DNA from: Candidatus Latescibacterota bacterium
GTDB taxonomy: Bacteria; Latescibacterota; UBA2968
Length of the DNA: 64,000 bases
Reading direction: 5' to 3'
Assembly: GCA_965204745.1 (NCBI GenBank)
Contig: OZ242010.1
Span: forward strand, 96,001 to 160,000
How positions within the stretch are numbered: position 1 is the stretch's first letter; each line of letters starts with the position of its first letter. The notes under the pieces are model-generated. The model did not search any database. It was not told where the DNA came from and saw only the letters and a list, made by a program, of their open reading frames with translations. Position numbers and translations under genes: made by a program. This document shows positions 37,041-47,599 of the stretch, one piece after another.

Positions 37041-39194
37041 GATTACTGTTGCCTTTCTCATCGCCCAGCGAATTTCCTCTGCGGTCGTATTCGGGTCCGA
37101 GGGGTTGATGAGGTTGCCGAAAATGTCTGCGCCCACCACATGTTTTCGCAGGCCGGGGCCGCGGAGGAGGGACGTGATGTGGATTTGCATGTGATAGCCG
37201 TAGTCGATGCCATTTGTGGGGGCTTGCATCAGGGCTAAGGTGTAGTGATAGGGGGCGTTGAACAAGCGGTCTAAGCCGCGGAGGACATCGCGCACCACCA
37301 TTGCGAGGTCGCGCCGTTGTGCGGCTTGCAAGTCCAACAGGCTCGGCGCGTGCGCCTTGGGGGTGATGATCACGTCGTAAGGGAACTGCGCGGCATACGG
37401 AACATAACCCAGCGCGTGTGGGCGATCAGACACAACGCGCCGTCCGTCTTGGGATTCAATGCGGTTGGCGTCGCAAACAAAACAGCGCCCGGTTCTCTCG
37501 CGGTGGGACGCGAACCGCGCCAACTGCGGTTTCACCATCAGGTCCGGAATGTCGCCGTAGGCATAGACCTGCCCGTGCGGGTGGGGTTGCGAATTGCCCA
37601 TCACCGCGCCGCGATTCTCAAAAATCAAGGGATAGGCGATCTCGGCCTTTTTCCCCAAGCGCGCGTAAATCTCTGCCCAGGCGTCGATGACGCGGACGAA
37701 CTCGGCTAAGGACAAGGTGGACAATCGTTGCGCGTGATCGCGGCTATAGACCACGACTTCGCAGATGCCTCGGCAGGTGCGAGACGCATAAGGCCCCAGT
37801 TGTTCGCGGGTTTGGTAGGCGTCTAATTCCAACGCGGGAAAATCGTTCTCAAATGTCCACACGCCCTCGTAATTCGGATTCGCATCGCCGCGTGCGCGTG
37901 CGTTGCCGGGGCAGAGATAACAGTCGGGATGATAGGCGCGATCAGCAGATTCGTCCATCTCTTGCGTTTCTCCGTGCCAGGGCCTGTCTCGGCGATGGGC
38001 CGCGATATTGACCCACCTGTTCCAAAACGGATTGAACCGTTCCTCTTGCACGACCCGATACCCGTGCGGATGCAGGCGATGCCAGTGCCAAGCGGAGTCG
38101 ATGATGTCGCGTAACGACTCTTGTGCGACCCAACCCAGTTCGCGCCGAATGCGGCTCGGATCCGCGATCAGCGTTGCCGGATCGCCCTGTCGGCGCGCAC
38201 CAATCGCCGTGGGAATCGCATGCCCGGTGATGTCGCGTGCGGCTTCTACAATCTCCTTGACGCTCCAGCCATAGCCCATGCCGAGATTGTAAGTCGCGGA
38301 CGGCCCGCCCAGCAACAACCCGTCCAAACTCTTGATATGGGCATCGGCTAATTCCACCACCGAGAGGTAATCGCGCACAGCCGTGCCGTCGGGCGTCGCG
38401 TAATCATCGCCAAACAAGACGAGTTTGTCGCGTTGTCCCAACGCCACTTGCAAAATGAGGGGGATTAGATGCGTCTCGGGCGCGTGGTCTTCGCCGATCA
38501 AACGCGAGGGGTCCGCGCCCGCGGTATTGAAATACCGGAGGACGACATAAGGCGCGCCAGTGCGTTGCTCTGTGTAGTGCAACATGCGTTCCCCCATCAT
38601 TTTTGTGATGCCATAGACGTTCAGGGGGATTTTCAGCATGGCGATATCTTCTTCGCACAATTTGAACGCGCTGTGTTTTTCGCACCACTTTAGCAGGGTG
38701 TCAAAATTGACCGCCGCGGGCATCAACTGGCTGTGGTCAAAGCCCCCAGCTGCGATCCATCGTTGCGGATAATCCTCTTTCAATGGGAGGTGTTCTGCGC
38801 GGGGTTCGCCGTAAATTGCGGCGGTCGACGATTTTACGAGAGGCAACCCGCTGGCTATGTCCAGCAAGTTTTGAAATGCAACGACATTGTGATCAAAATA
38901 CAGGCGCGGCGCGGTTTGGGATTCCCCGACCAAAATTTTGGCGGCAAAGTCGATGATCCCGCAAAACTCGTGGCGTTCAAAAACACAGGCCAGAGCATCG
39001 CGGTCGAGCAAACTGACATGCTCGAAACAAAATTGCTCTGGCCCATACACTTGTTCAAACAAGGTGACGACTTCCCGGTTGCCCGTCGACAAGTCGTCTA
39101 ACACCACCACGCGGCGATGATCTTCCAACAACCGCCGAACCGCATGGCTGCCAATATAACCCGCGCCCCCCGTCACCAAAACAGCATGCTCCAT
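37029..39194 (-). CDS. galE-galT: Fused UDP-glucose 4-epimerase (GalE) / galactose-1-phosphate uridylyltransferase (GalT)
   Basis: GGAGYIGSH, YGITK, LRYFN, GTAVRDY; then RPW, CYLCPGN, FENDFPAL, SQPHPHGQ, all in one frame. Confidence 0.88.
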   Translation of the reverse strand: MEHAVLVTGGAGYIGSHAVRRLLEDHRRVVVLDDLSTGNREVVTLFEQVYGPEQFCFEHVSLLDRDALACVFERHEFCGIIDFAAKILVGESQTAPRLYFDHNVVAFQNLLDIASGLPLVKSSTAAIYGEPRAEHLPLKEDYPQRWIAAGGFDHSQLMPAAVNFDTLLKWCEKHSAFKLCEEDIAMLKIPLNVYGITKMMGERMLHYTEQRTGAPYVVLRYFNTAGADPSRLIGEDHAPETHLIPLILQVALGQRDKLVLFGDDYATPDGTAVRDYLSVVELADAHIKSLDGLLLGGPSATYNLGMGYGWSVKEIVEAARDITGHAIPTAIGARRQGDPATLIADPSRIRRELGWVAQESLRDIIDSAWHWHRLHPHGYRVVQEERFNPFWNRWVNIAAHRRDRPWHGETQEMDESADRAYHPDCYLCPGNARARGDANPNYEGVWTFENDFPALELDAYQTREQLGPYASRTCRGICEVVVYSRDHAQRLSTLSLAEFVRVIDAWAEIYARLGKKAEIAYPLIFENRGAVMGNSQPHPHGQVYAYGDIPDLMVKPQLARFASHRERTGRCFVCDANRIESQDGRRVVSDRPHALGYVPYAAQFPYDVIITPKAHAPSLLDLQAAQRRDLAMVVRDVLRGLDRLFNAPYHYTLALMQAPTNGIDYGYHMQIHITSLLRGPGLRKHVVGADIFGNLINPSDPNTTAEEIRWAMRKATVISSQ

Positions 39195-39218
39195 ACGTCA
39201 AACCTCTTTGTCTATTGA

Positions 39219-39245
39219 TGCTTTTAGCCGCGCAATTTCATCGCG
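39219..39245. repeat. 27-bp direct repeat, copy downstream of the cassette
   Basis: TGCTTTTAGCCGCGCAATTTCATCGCG, identical to 41215-41241. Confidence 0.95.
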
Positions 39246-40128
39246 TTTCTTCAATGCGTTTGGCGATGAGCCGCTTTAATTCTGTAAAATCAGCAGGGAC
39301 ATATTTGGCGTTTCTGAGCAGATCCTTCGCGACCTCATTGATCTTTTCGCGTCCTTGTAGTTGCGTCCCATCTGTCGAGATGACTCGAAAATATCCGGAA
39401 TTAATTACCTGTGCGAGCACCCTTTTGCCGCTAACCCTATCCAACCAATCACCCGAGCCAAAGGCGAGTTGGTCGTTGCCATTTGTCATTTCCTCAAGAC
39501 ATTCCTCAAAGCGGCGTTCCACCTCTTCAGCAGAAACCGCATTCTCAACACGGATGCGATGTTGATCAAATTCGTTCGCCTGGTTCAATTTTTCCAAAGC
39601 GATTTCTTTGGAGGGAAAGTCATCGGGATTGGAAAATATTTTAATCCACTCCTCCTTTAGGTCTTCCCGGATAGAGATAATGACATGGTTCGCAACATCG
39701 AGAAACAACCGCTTGTTGGCAAATTGTAGAATTTGTCGCGCCAGATCGTCTTGTTCGGCTTGGCAAAACCGCGACTGAATGAGATAGTTCGGATCTAAAA
39801 AATAGTTTTCGATCTCCCGTCGTCTCCAGACGAGTAGGTTGGATGTAGCAGGGTTCGGAAAATCGCGCCAGCAACGGTTTATGAACTCAATTTTGTGGTG
39901 ATCGCGGTCGATCAAAAAATAATAGGTCGGATGGTGGGGGTGCAAAGCCTCCGCAACGCTTTTTACTGAATAGGCAGGGCCAAGAGGCTCTATGCGAAGG
40001 CGAGGGTCAAAAAGTTCACTGAGAACTTTGGGGTCAAAAGCATTCTGATCTTTCCCTTCGACAAAGAGAACATGTCGTGCCTGAAAGTGGACGCTTTCAG
40101 AACGGATTCCCCTTCTAACGCCGATCAT
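39238..40128 (-). CDS. DUF4435-like TOPRIM protein (AriB-like)
   Basis: LFVEGKD, LIDRD, RREIENYF; ATGA-coupled to the ATPase. Confidence 0.78.
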   Translation of the reverse strand: MIGVRRGIRSESVHFQARHVLFVEGKDQNAFDPKVLSELFDPRLRIEPLGPAYSVKSVAEALHPHHPTYYFLIDRDHHKIEFINRCWRDFPNPATSNLLVWRRREIENYFLDPNYLIQSRFCQAEQDDLARQILQFANKRLFLDVANHVIISIREDLKEEWIKIFSNPDDFPSKEIALEKLNQANEFDQHRIRVENAVSAEEVERRFEECLEEMTNGNDQLAFGSGDWLDRVSGKRVLAQVINSGYFRVISTDGTQLQGREKINEVAKDLLRNAKYVPADFTELKRLIAKRIEETR

Positions 40129-41189
40129 GTGCCATCCTCCTGTTCTTCCACCAAGAGAATGCGCCGATCTTCGGCAACCGAGTCCATGATCTCTTCGGAA
40201 TGGGTTGCGATGATATATTGATTTTTCGGTGCCAAGTCCACGAGATCTTTGACAAAAGTGCGGTGCCATTGGGCATTCAGGTGCAACTCTGGTTCGTCGA
40301 TAAACACGACCGACGGGTTGTTCTTCGTATGATCCCACACCAAGAACAAAGTCGAAATGATTTCCTTTTGTCCAGAACTCAGACCGTCAAACGTAAATGA
40401 TTCTCCGCCGCGCTCGGGTTGCACGCGGAAATCAAAGGTGTTGTCAGGAGACGGGCGGAGTTTACCGATGGTGCCGCGTGCATAACGCGCCATCAACGCA
40501 TTGAGTTGCTCTATCGTATCGTCCGGCTCTCGATCTTCCACAGATTCAAAGAGTTGTGCCTTTCCCATCATAGAACGCAAAATCCGCAACTTAAATTCAC
40601 TCATCGGCCTGCGTCTCATTCTTGGCAACCGGTCTCGGTCCACCAGCATGCCGAGTTCTGGATTTCCCTCTTGAACTTTGCGATAGCTGTGGAACAAGAG
40701 AAAGGTATTCTCGACAACTGGGTTGGGCGTAAAGCCACAGATCGCGTTTATGAAATCGTCAAGATCGCGTTCTGAAACAGACCGTTCATTTGCCACCATT
40801 TTTTTTTCAAGCGATTTACCAGATATAGTGCCGTCGCCACGCCGATCTATCCGAATTTGCACCTTGCCCAATGCCTCGCCAAAGGCGATGTCGCCGGCAA
40901 TTTCCGCACATTGTGCATCCGATCTGATCAGCAAGTCGGGCACATCCACACTTGAATAATAGTCGGTCAAGTCGGTGAAAGAAAAATTCTCTTCCTCGAG
41001 CGTTGCCGCCAAAAGCAATAGCGAGCAACACTCAATAATTGCTGTCTTGCCGATCCCGTTCTCGCTACCCATCACGAGGATATCCGGATCGCCGGACATT
41101 TTAGGCGGGGGAAAGTGCAACTCGAGTTCGTCAATGCCCTTGTAATTTTGGATGGCTATTCGCCTGATCTGGATGGACATTTTTTTCAT
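40125..41189 (-). CDS. ABC-type AAA ATPase (AriA-like)
   Basis: IQNYKG, ENGIGKT, LSSGQ, FIDEPELHL, ATHS; SD AGGAGG. Confidence 0.88.
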   Translation of the reverse strand: MKKMSIQIRRIAIQNYKGIDELELHFPPPKMSGDPDILVMGSENGIGKTAIIECCSLLLLAATLEEENFSFTDLTDYYSSVDVPDLLIRSDAQCAEIAGDIAFGEALGKVQIRIDRRGDGTISGKSLEKKMVANERSVSERDLDDFINAICGFTPNPVVENTFLLFHSYRKVQEGNPELGMLVDRDRLPRMRRRPMSEFKLRILRSMMGKAQLFESVEDREPDDTIEQLNALMARYARGTIGKLRPSPDNTFDFRVQPERGGESFTFDGLSSGQKEIISTLFLVWDHTKNNPSVVFIDEPELHLNAQWHRTFVKDLVDLAPKNQYIIATHSEEIMDSVAEDRRILLVEEQEDGT

Positions 41190-41202
41190 GATGACCTCCT
41201 CG

Positions 41203-43191
41203 TTACGCAATCTCTGCTTTTAGCCGCGCAATTTCATCGCGGTAGTGCGCGGCTTTTTCAAACTCTAAGTTTTCGGCGGCTTCGGCCATTTGGCGCGTGA
41301 GTTCTTCGATCAGCTCCAGTTGATTGTCGCTGTCCAAATAGGCTGCGGATTCCTCGGCGACCAGGGGCAGGTCTTCGGCTTGCTCGTCGGCCACCGCTGT
41401 CGATTGGAGAATCTCCTCTCGGGTCTTGTACAGGGTCTTGGGGGTGATGCCGTGGTTGGCATTGTACGCCTCTTGCAATGCGCGGCGGCGATTGGTCTCG
41501 TCGATGGCGCGGCGCATCGAATCCGTCACCTTATCCGCGTACATGATCACCGTGCCTTCCGCATTGCGGGCCGCGCGCCCGGCCGTTTGAATCAGCGAGC
41601 GTTCGGACCGCAAAAAGCCCTCCTTATCCGCGTCTAAAATCGCCACCAGCGACACTTCGGGCAAATCCAAGCCCTCGCGCAACAAGTTCACGCCCACGAG
41701 CACGTCAAACTCGCCCAAGCGCAAATCGCGGATGATCGCCACGCGCTCGAGCGAATCCACATCCGAGTGCATATAGCGCGCGCCGATGCCCAACTCGCGC
41801 ATGTATTCCGACAAGTCTTCGGCCATGCGCTTGGTCAGGGTCGTCACCAACACGCGATGCCCGCTCTCCACGCGCTGCCGGGCCTCTTCGATGAGATCAT
41901 CGACCTGCCCGCGCACCGGGCGCACGATCATTTTGGGATCGAGCAAGCCGGTGGGCCGAATCACCTGCTCGACCACCACGCCCTCGCAGCGTTCCAACTC
42001 GTAATCCGCGGGCGTGGCCGACATGAAAACGACCTGCTTGGCCTTTTGTTCAAACTCCTCGAAATACAGGGGGCGATTGTCCAGCGCGGCGGGCAATCTG
42101 AACCCGTGCTCGATCAACACCTCTTTGCGAGACCGGTCCCCGTTCCACATGCCGCGCAACTGCGGCACTGTGACGTGGGATTCGTCCAGCACGATCAGAA
42201 AATCGTCTGAAAAATAATCCAACAACACATAAGGTGCTTCCCCGGGCGCGCGCCCGTCGATGTAGCGCGAATAATTTTCAATGCCCTGGCAGAACCCGAT
42301 CTCGCGCATCATCTCGATATCGTAGCGCGTCCGCATTTCCAACCGCTGTGCCTCCAACAATTTGCCCTGGTTGTGAAACGCCTCCAATTGTTGGGTCAAA
42401 TCAAATTCGATCTTTGCTATGGCTCTCTCGATCCGATTGCCGCTGGTGACGAAGTGTTTGGCCGGATAAATGACGATGCGGTCGCGTTCTTCGATCACCT
42501 CGCCCGTTACCGGATGCACGATGCACAGCGCGTCGACCTCGTCGCCAAAAAACTCCACGCGCACCGGATGCTCGCGCTCGGGCGGATAAATTTCGACCAC
42601 ATCGCCGCGCACCCGAAACGCGGCCGGCGCGAGTTCTATGTCATTGCGCGCAAAGTGAATGTCCACGAGTTTTCGCAACATGGCATCGCGGTCCATCTCT
42701 GCGCCGCGATCCAACACGACGAGGTGATCCTCGTATTCCGTGGGGTTGCCAATGCCGTAAATGCACGACACACTCGCCACGATGATCACGTCTTGCCGCT
42801 CCATCAACGCACTGGTCGCGCGCAGGCGCAAGCGGTTGATTTCATCGTTGATATCCGATTCTTTTTCAATAAATGTATCCGTCACGGGTTTGTACGCTTC
42901 CGGCTGGTAATAGTCGTAATACGAGATGAAATACTCCACGGCATTGCGCGGGAAAAAGCTGCGAAACTCCCCGTAGAGTTGCGCGGCCAGGGTCTTGTTG
43001 TGGGAAATCACGAGCGTGGGCTTTTGAATGGCTTCGATCACTTTTGACATGGAAAACGTCTTTCCCGTGCCCGTGGCGCCCAACAAAGTCTGGTACCGCA
43101 TGCCCGTGCGAATGCCCTGGGCGAGTTCTTCGATGGCCCGCGGCTGATCCCCGGCCGGCTCAAAAGGCGATACCACTTCAAATTTCGGCAT
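41203..43191 (-). CDS. uvrB: Excinuclease ABC subunit B
   Basis: [37 protein letters not shown]-terminal UVR coiled coil. Confidence 0.98.
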   Translation of the reverse strand: MPKFEVVSPFEPAGDQPRAIEELAQGIRTGMRYQTLLGATGTGKTFSMSKVIEAIQKPTLVISHNKTLAAQLYGEFRSFFPRNAVEYFISYYDYYQPEAYKPVTDTFIEKESDINDEINRLRLRATSALMERQDVIIVASVSCIYGIGNPTEYEDHLVVLDRGAEMDRDAMLRKLVDIHFARNDIELAPAAFRVRGDVVEIYPPEREHPVRVEFFGDEVDALCIVHPVTGEVIEERDRIVIYPAKHFVTSGNRIERAIAKIEFDLTQQLEAFHNQGKLLEAQRLEMRTRYDIEMMREIGFCQGIENYSRYIDGRAPGEAPYVLLDYFSDDFLIVLDESHVTVPQLRGMWNGDRSRKEVLIEHGFRLPAALDNRPLYFEEFEQKAKQVVFMSATPADYELERCEGVVVEQVIRPTGLLDPKMIVRPVRGQVDDLIEEARQRVESGHRVLVTTLTKRMAEDLSEYMRELGIGARYMHSDVDSLERVAIIRDLRLGEFDVLVGVNLLREGLDLPEVSLVAILDADKEGFLRSERSLIQTAGRAARNAEGTVIMYADKVTDSMRRAIDETNRRRALQEAYNANHGITPKTLYKTREEILQSTAVADEQAEDLPLVAEESAAYLDSDNQLELIEELTRQMAEAAENLEFEKAAHYRDEIARLKAEIA
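41215..41241. repeat. 27-bp direct repeat within the uvrB 3' end
   Basis: Encodes RDEIARLKA on the minus strand. Confidence 0.95.
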
Positions 43192-43236
43192 GGCGATGTT
43201 CCAAAGAAAGTGGGGCGTGTTTTCATCCGTCACCCA

Positions 43237-43264
43237 AGAATATAACATCTCGGGTTTCTGTCAA
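43237..43264 (-). promoter_or_regulatory. Candidate sigma-70 promoter of uvrB
   Basis: TTGACA - 16 bp - TATTCT on the minus strand. Confidence 0.5.
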
Positions 43265-43331
43265 AGCAAAACCCGGCCAGTGCCCGTGGTTTTTTGGTTT
43301 TTTGCGTGCCATTTTTGATTATCATGATTTT

Positions 43332-43652
43332 ATGACCGAACAGACGCGCACAAAAATTCTGCAATCCACACCGACCGGCATTCGCAAACTCGACCACAAA
43401 CGCCTGCGCGCCCAACTGCATCGCGCCGCGCCCCCAGTTGATTACGACCGATATATGCGATCCAAGGCGTGGCAAATCAAACGGCGAAAATTCCTCGCCC
43501 ACTTCAACTGCCAATGCGCCCTGTGCGGCAGCAAAGACCATCTGCACGTCCACCACTTGCACTATGAGACCCTGGGCAACGAGCGCGTGGAAGACGTCCT
43601 CGTGTGTTGCAGGCGGTGCCATTTCCTCGCGCATAAGAAAGGGGAGAGGTGA
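43332..43652 (+). CDS. Small HNH endonuclease (Zn-binding)
   Basis: YMRSKAW...CALC...HVHHLHY...LGNE...CRRCH; start taken at ATG 43332. Confidence 0.8.
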   Translation: MTEQTRTKILQSTPTGIRKLDHKRLRAQLHRAAPPVDYDRYMRSKAWQIKRRKFLAHFNCQCALCGSKDHLHVHHLHYETLGNERVEDVLVCCRRCHFLAHKKGER

Positions 43653-43959
43653 GAGGCAAGAGGCGAGAGGCAAGAAGTGAGAGGCGAGAGGCGAGAGGCA
43701 AGAGGTGAGAGGCAAGCGAAATGTCTGGCGCGCGTTGCCGAGCTTTATCCGGGAGAGGCGAGAGGCAAGAGGTGAGGGAAAAGACGGGGTTAACGCACGC
43801 GGCGGAGGGGGGAAGAGGAAGGGCACGCACACGGCGGGGCAGGGTGGCGGAGGGGATCGCACTTGGGCGGTTGGGTGGGGTTGCCTCACCTCTCCCGTCT
43901 TGCGTCTCACCGCAGGGGGTTGGGCGGGGTGGGAACTGACCACTAATTCCGGAGCTTCC

Positions 43960-45294
43960 ATGCCAAATATCATCATCATCACCACGCACGACACCGGGCG
44001 GCATTTGGGGTGTTATGGCGTCGAGACTGTGCATACGCCGGCCATTGACGCCATCGCCGAGGATGGATTCAAATTCACGCGCTATTTCACCACGAGCCCG
44101 GTGTGTAGCCCGAGTCGAGGGGCCATGCTCACGGGGCGGTATCCGCAGAGCAATGGCCTGATTGGCCTGACGCATTCGCATTGGAATTGGCGTTTTCATG
44201 AGGGCGAGCGGCACCTCTCGCACATCTTGCGCGACGCGGGTTATCACACGGCCCTGTTCGGCCTGCAACACGAAGCGGCCAACCTCGACGATCTGGGATT
44301 TGAGGCCGTGCATGCCAGGCGGCGTTCAACCGCGCCCGTGGTGGCCCGCACGCTGGCCGATTTTCTCCGCACAGACGCCGCACGCAAAGCCCCGTTTTAC
44401 GCGCAGGTCGGCTTTTTTGAAACCCATCGCCCGCACGATTTTGGCGATGTCGAACCCGACGATAGCAAGGGCGTTTTCGTCCCGCCCTATCTCGTCGACA
44501 ACGAGATTTCTCGCAAAGCCCTCGCCTTGCAACAAGGCGCGATCCGCCGGGTGGATGACGCGGTGCGGATCATCACAGACGCGCTCGCGGAAAGCGGCTT
44601 GGAGGACGATACCCTGCTCGTGTTCACGGTCGATCACGGCATTGAATTTCCCCGCGCCAAGTATTTTTGTTACGACTCGGGCATCGGCGTCGCCCTGCTG
44701 ATGCGCTGGCCCGGTGGCGATGTTCGCGGGGGCATAACGTGCGACCACCTGCTCAGCAATGTCGATTTTTTACCCACCCTGATGGACCTCATCGGCCAAC
44801 CCGTGCCCGGCAATGTCGAGGGCATCAGCTTTGCCCAAGTGTTCACAAATCCCGATGCGCCGCCGACGAGAGACGCGGTCTTTTCCCTTTTTTGTGACAG
44901 CGACAGCCGCAGCATTCGCACGGACCGCTACAAGTTCATTCGCCACTTCAGCCCGCGCCGTTTGATGGACACGCCGGTCGACATGACAATTTCGCCGGAG
45001 GCGGTAATCTACGATTTTCTCGGTCGGTGCTTGATAGACGCACCGGGCACTGCAAAAAACCCGCCTAAACCGCGCATCCCACAGCCCGTAGCGCAACTCT
45101 ACGATTTGGAAAACGACCCCAACGAGTTTGACGATGTCGCGCGCAATCCCGAATACCGGGACATCTATAACGCCTTGAGCCAACGCCTTTGGCAGTGGAT
45201 GGAAGACGTGAACGACCCCACGCTCAAAAGCCCGCTTCCCACGCCGTATTACTGGGAAGCCATGGCGGATTATCGCAACCCCCACGCGAAATAG
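43960..45294 (+). CDS. Sulfatase
   Basis: PNIIIITTHD, CSPSRGAMLTGRY (CxPxR), DHG, LYDLENDPNE. Confidence 0.92.
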   Translation: MPNIIIITTHDTGRHLGCYGVETVHTPAIDAIAEDGFKFTRYFTTSPVCSPSRGAMLTGRYPQSNGLIGLTHSHWNWRFHEGERHLSHILRDAGYHTALFGLQHEAANLDDLGFEAVHARRRSTAPVVARTLADFLRTDAARKAPFYAQVGFFETHRPHDFGDVEPDDSKGVFVPPYLVDNEISRKALALQQGAIRRVDDAVRIITDALAESGLEDDTLLVFTVDHGIEFPRAKYFCYDSGIGVALLMRWPGGDVRGGITCDHLLSNVDFLPTLMDLIGQPVPGNVEGISFAQVFTNPDAPPTRDAVFSLFCDSDSRSIRTDRYKFIRHFSPRRLMDTPVDMTISPEAVIYDFLGRCLIDAPGTAKNPPKPRIPQPVAQLYDLENDPNEFDDVARNPEYRDIYNALSQRLWQWMEDVNDPTLKSPLPTPYYWEAMADYRNPHAK

Positions 45295-45330
45295 GGGGCG
45301 TCCTGATCCCACTTCATGAAAGGAAATATC

Positions 45331-46536
45331 ATGTCCACGGGAAAACCCGTAACCCTCGCACTGGTCGGATGCGGCGGCATTGCTGGCGCGCATCTGCGGC
45401 GGTATGACGAACTCCTCGCCCGCGGCGAAGACCGATTTCGCATTGTCGCCACAGTGGATAGCGATTTTGACCGTGCAACCGCGTGTGCAGATCAGATCAG
45501 CGGCAAAACCGGCTGGGCCGTGACGCCCTATGCCTCGGTGGAAGACCTGCTCAACTCGGGCACGGCCCTCGACGGCGCGGATATTTGCAGTCCGCACGGC
45601 CTCCACCATGTCCTCGCTTGCGAACTGCTCGCGGGTGGGGTGCATATCCTCTGCGAAAAGCCCATTGGCGTGACCGTGAAAGCCACGAAACAAATCATCG
45701 CCACAGCCAAACGCCACGACAGGATCGCCGCCAATGCCGAACAGTGCCGCCGTAGCATTGGGCAACGCACCATTCACTGGGCCTTTCACAACGGCCTGCT
45801 CGGGGATGCGCGGTTGTGGTACGCCATCCGATCCGGCTGGCAAGACCCCGCGGATCACCCGGACTGGCACTGGCGCGTGGATCGCAAACTCGGGGGTTGC
45901 GGCATGGTGATGGACAGCGGCGCGCACTGGGTAGATACGATGCGCTATTGGTTTGGGGAGATCGACAGCGTGTACGCCCGAGTCGAGCAACTCGAAGCGC
46001 GCCCGCACAAAAAAGGCGACCGTCTGGTGGCAGACGCCCGCGAGGATTTTTGGACGAGCATTTTCAATTTTGCCAATGGCGTGATCGGCACCTGGTCGTG
46101 GACTATCAGCGCGCCCGGCAAGGGCTTTACCCAACTCGCGCTCACCGGCACCAAGGGCAGCATTGTCGATAGCGACATTTTCCACCCGGCAGCGTCGCAA
46201 GCGCGGGGCGAGTGCCATCTGCTCGACGGAACGACCTACGGCATGTCCCAACTGCAAGCCATGTTCCTCGACACCCTCGGCCCACGCGACAAGGACCGCC
46301 TTTTTCCCTACGGCCTCACCGATGGCATGGCGATTGAATTGTGGGATTTTATCGACGCCCTCAGCACCGGGCGCGATGTTGAAATCGACGCGACAGAGGG
46401 CCTCAAGAGCAAAGCCGTGAGCGAGGCGATCTACGAATCGGGCACGAGCGGACAGGTCGTCAAAGTGGCCAACGTGATCTCCGGCAAGGTCGATGCTTAC
46501 CAGCGCGATGTCGATCAAATGTGGGGATTGGATTGA
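45331..46536 (+). CDS. Gfo/Idh/MocA family oxidoreductase
   Basis: GCGGIA, CEKP, DSGAHWVD. Confidence 0.9.
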   Translation: MSTGKPVTLALVGCGGIAGAHLRRYDELLARGEDRFRIVATVDSDFDRATACADQISGKTGWAVTPYASVEDLLNSGTALDGADICSPHGLHHVLACELLAGGVHILCEKPIGVTVKATKQIIATAKRHDRIAANAEQCRRSIGQRTIHWAFHNGLLGDARLWYAIRSGWQDPADHPDWHWRVDRKLGGCGMVMDSGAHWVDTMRYWFGEIDSVYARVEQLEARPHKKGDRLVADAREDFWTSIFNFANGVIGTWSWTISAPGKGFTQLALTGTKGSIVDSDIFHPAASQARGECHLLDGTTYGMSQLQAMFLDTLGPRDKDRLFPYGLTDGMAIELWDFIDALSTGRDVEIDATEGLKSKAVSEAIYESGTSGQVVKVANVISGKVDAYQRDVDQMWGLD

Positions 46537-46631
46537 GCGAATGATCCATGCAGGGCAAGAGGCAAGAAGCAAGAGGCAAGAGGTAAGATTGAACTGAGCG
46601 GATGATCCGAGAAGGGACACCGAGAAAAAAC

Positions 46632-46667
46632 GGGCCGCGGTCAAAATGATCGCGGCCCTATTTTTTT
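46632..46667 (+). terminator. Rho-independent terminator
   Basis: GGGCCGCGGTCA / TGATCGCGGCCC plus T-run. Confidence 0.75.
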
Positions 46668-46676
46668 CAAAATAAC

Positions 46677-47088
46677 TGACGTTACGCAGTACGTCAACGG
46701 AGCCAGTTGACATTTACGAGCCATGCACCGGCTTGAGCGGTTTATCGAGAAAATCAAGTCCTGACGTTCCGCAGTTCAAAGAAAGCATCCCAACAAGTGC
46801 CCTCGCAAAACCCCCTCCGATCAAGCCATCACGCACAGCGCGCAAGTCCGTTTCGCAACCAACGTCCATTATGCAACCCACTTTGCAGGCTGGCGCATAT
46901 CGTTCTGTTACAAAAGCGATTTGCGCTGTGCAAGCCTCTCGGCGTTTGAGAGCGGCATTTTTTGCTTACTTTTTTTTGCTGTTGAAAAAAAGTAAGTCGC
47001 CGAAGGCATCGAAGGCAACAAACGAGGCTGTAGGACCAAACACATTAAATGAGCAAGCAACACATTTGTTAATCTGTGCGTAACGTCA
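46677..47088. mobile_element. Composite MITE, copy 3
   Basis: Perfect IR TGACGTTACGCA / TGCGTAACGTCA enclosing an IS5-MITE fragment and the same ~330-bp core as 10100-10427. Confidence 0.78.
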
Positions 47089-47100
47089 AAATCCATTCGC

Positions 47101-47192
47101 CTTTCATCCGTGTTCATCCGTGTTCATCCGTGTTCATCCGTGTTCATCCGTGTTCATCCGTGTTCATCCGTGTTCATCCGTGTTCATCCGTG
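47101..47192. repeat. Decamer tract (TGTTCATCCG) x8 plus one variant
   Basis: Counted directly; a short inverse copy lies at 5769-5792. Confidence 0.95.
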
Positions 47193-47595
47193 GTTGCTTT
47201 TCGCCTCTCTCATGCTTGGCGAGTTCGATGAGGTTGCCATCGGGATCGTGGACGAAAACATAGCGCGTGCCATCGTGGGGGCGCACGCCCGGGCCTGATG
47301 CGACGCGCACGCGCGCTTGGTCGAGCGAGGTGATCACGCGGTCAAAATTGGCGACTTCAAAGGCGATGTGCCTGCGCGAGGGGCGGGGGTGTTCTTCGGC
47401 GACGATCAGGTGAAGTTCGAGATCGCCGCAACGATACCACGCGCCTGCAAAATCGTAATCTGGCCGAGGGATGGGTTGCAGGCCCAAGAACTTTTCGTAA
47501 AACGCAGAAGCGCGTTCCAGATCGCCCGTCACCAATGTGATGTGGCTGACGTGTTCAATGCCTAGGCCAGTGGGCGCAGTCGGGCGGTTGGACAC
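47164..47595 (-). CDS. VOC/glyoxalase family protein
   Basis: HITL..GDLERASAFY, HIAFEV, DPDGNLIEL; C-terminus runs into the decamer tract. Confidence 0.88.
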   Translation of the reverse strand: MSNRPTAPTGLGIEHVSHITLVTGDLERASAFYEKFLGLQPIPRPDYDFAGAWYRCGDLELHLIVAEEHPRPSRRHIAFEVANFDRVITSLDQARVRVASGPGVRPHDGTRYVFVHDPDGNLIELAKHERGEKQPRMNTDEHG

Positions 47596-47599
47596 CGGA

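Noticed and set aside
43044-43959. N-terminal extensions of the HNH (from 43044) and sulfatase (from 43705) ORFs
   Set aside because: They overlap uvrB or translate repeat tracts; family motifs begin at 43332 and 43960
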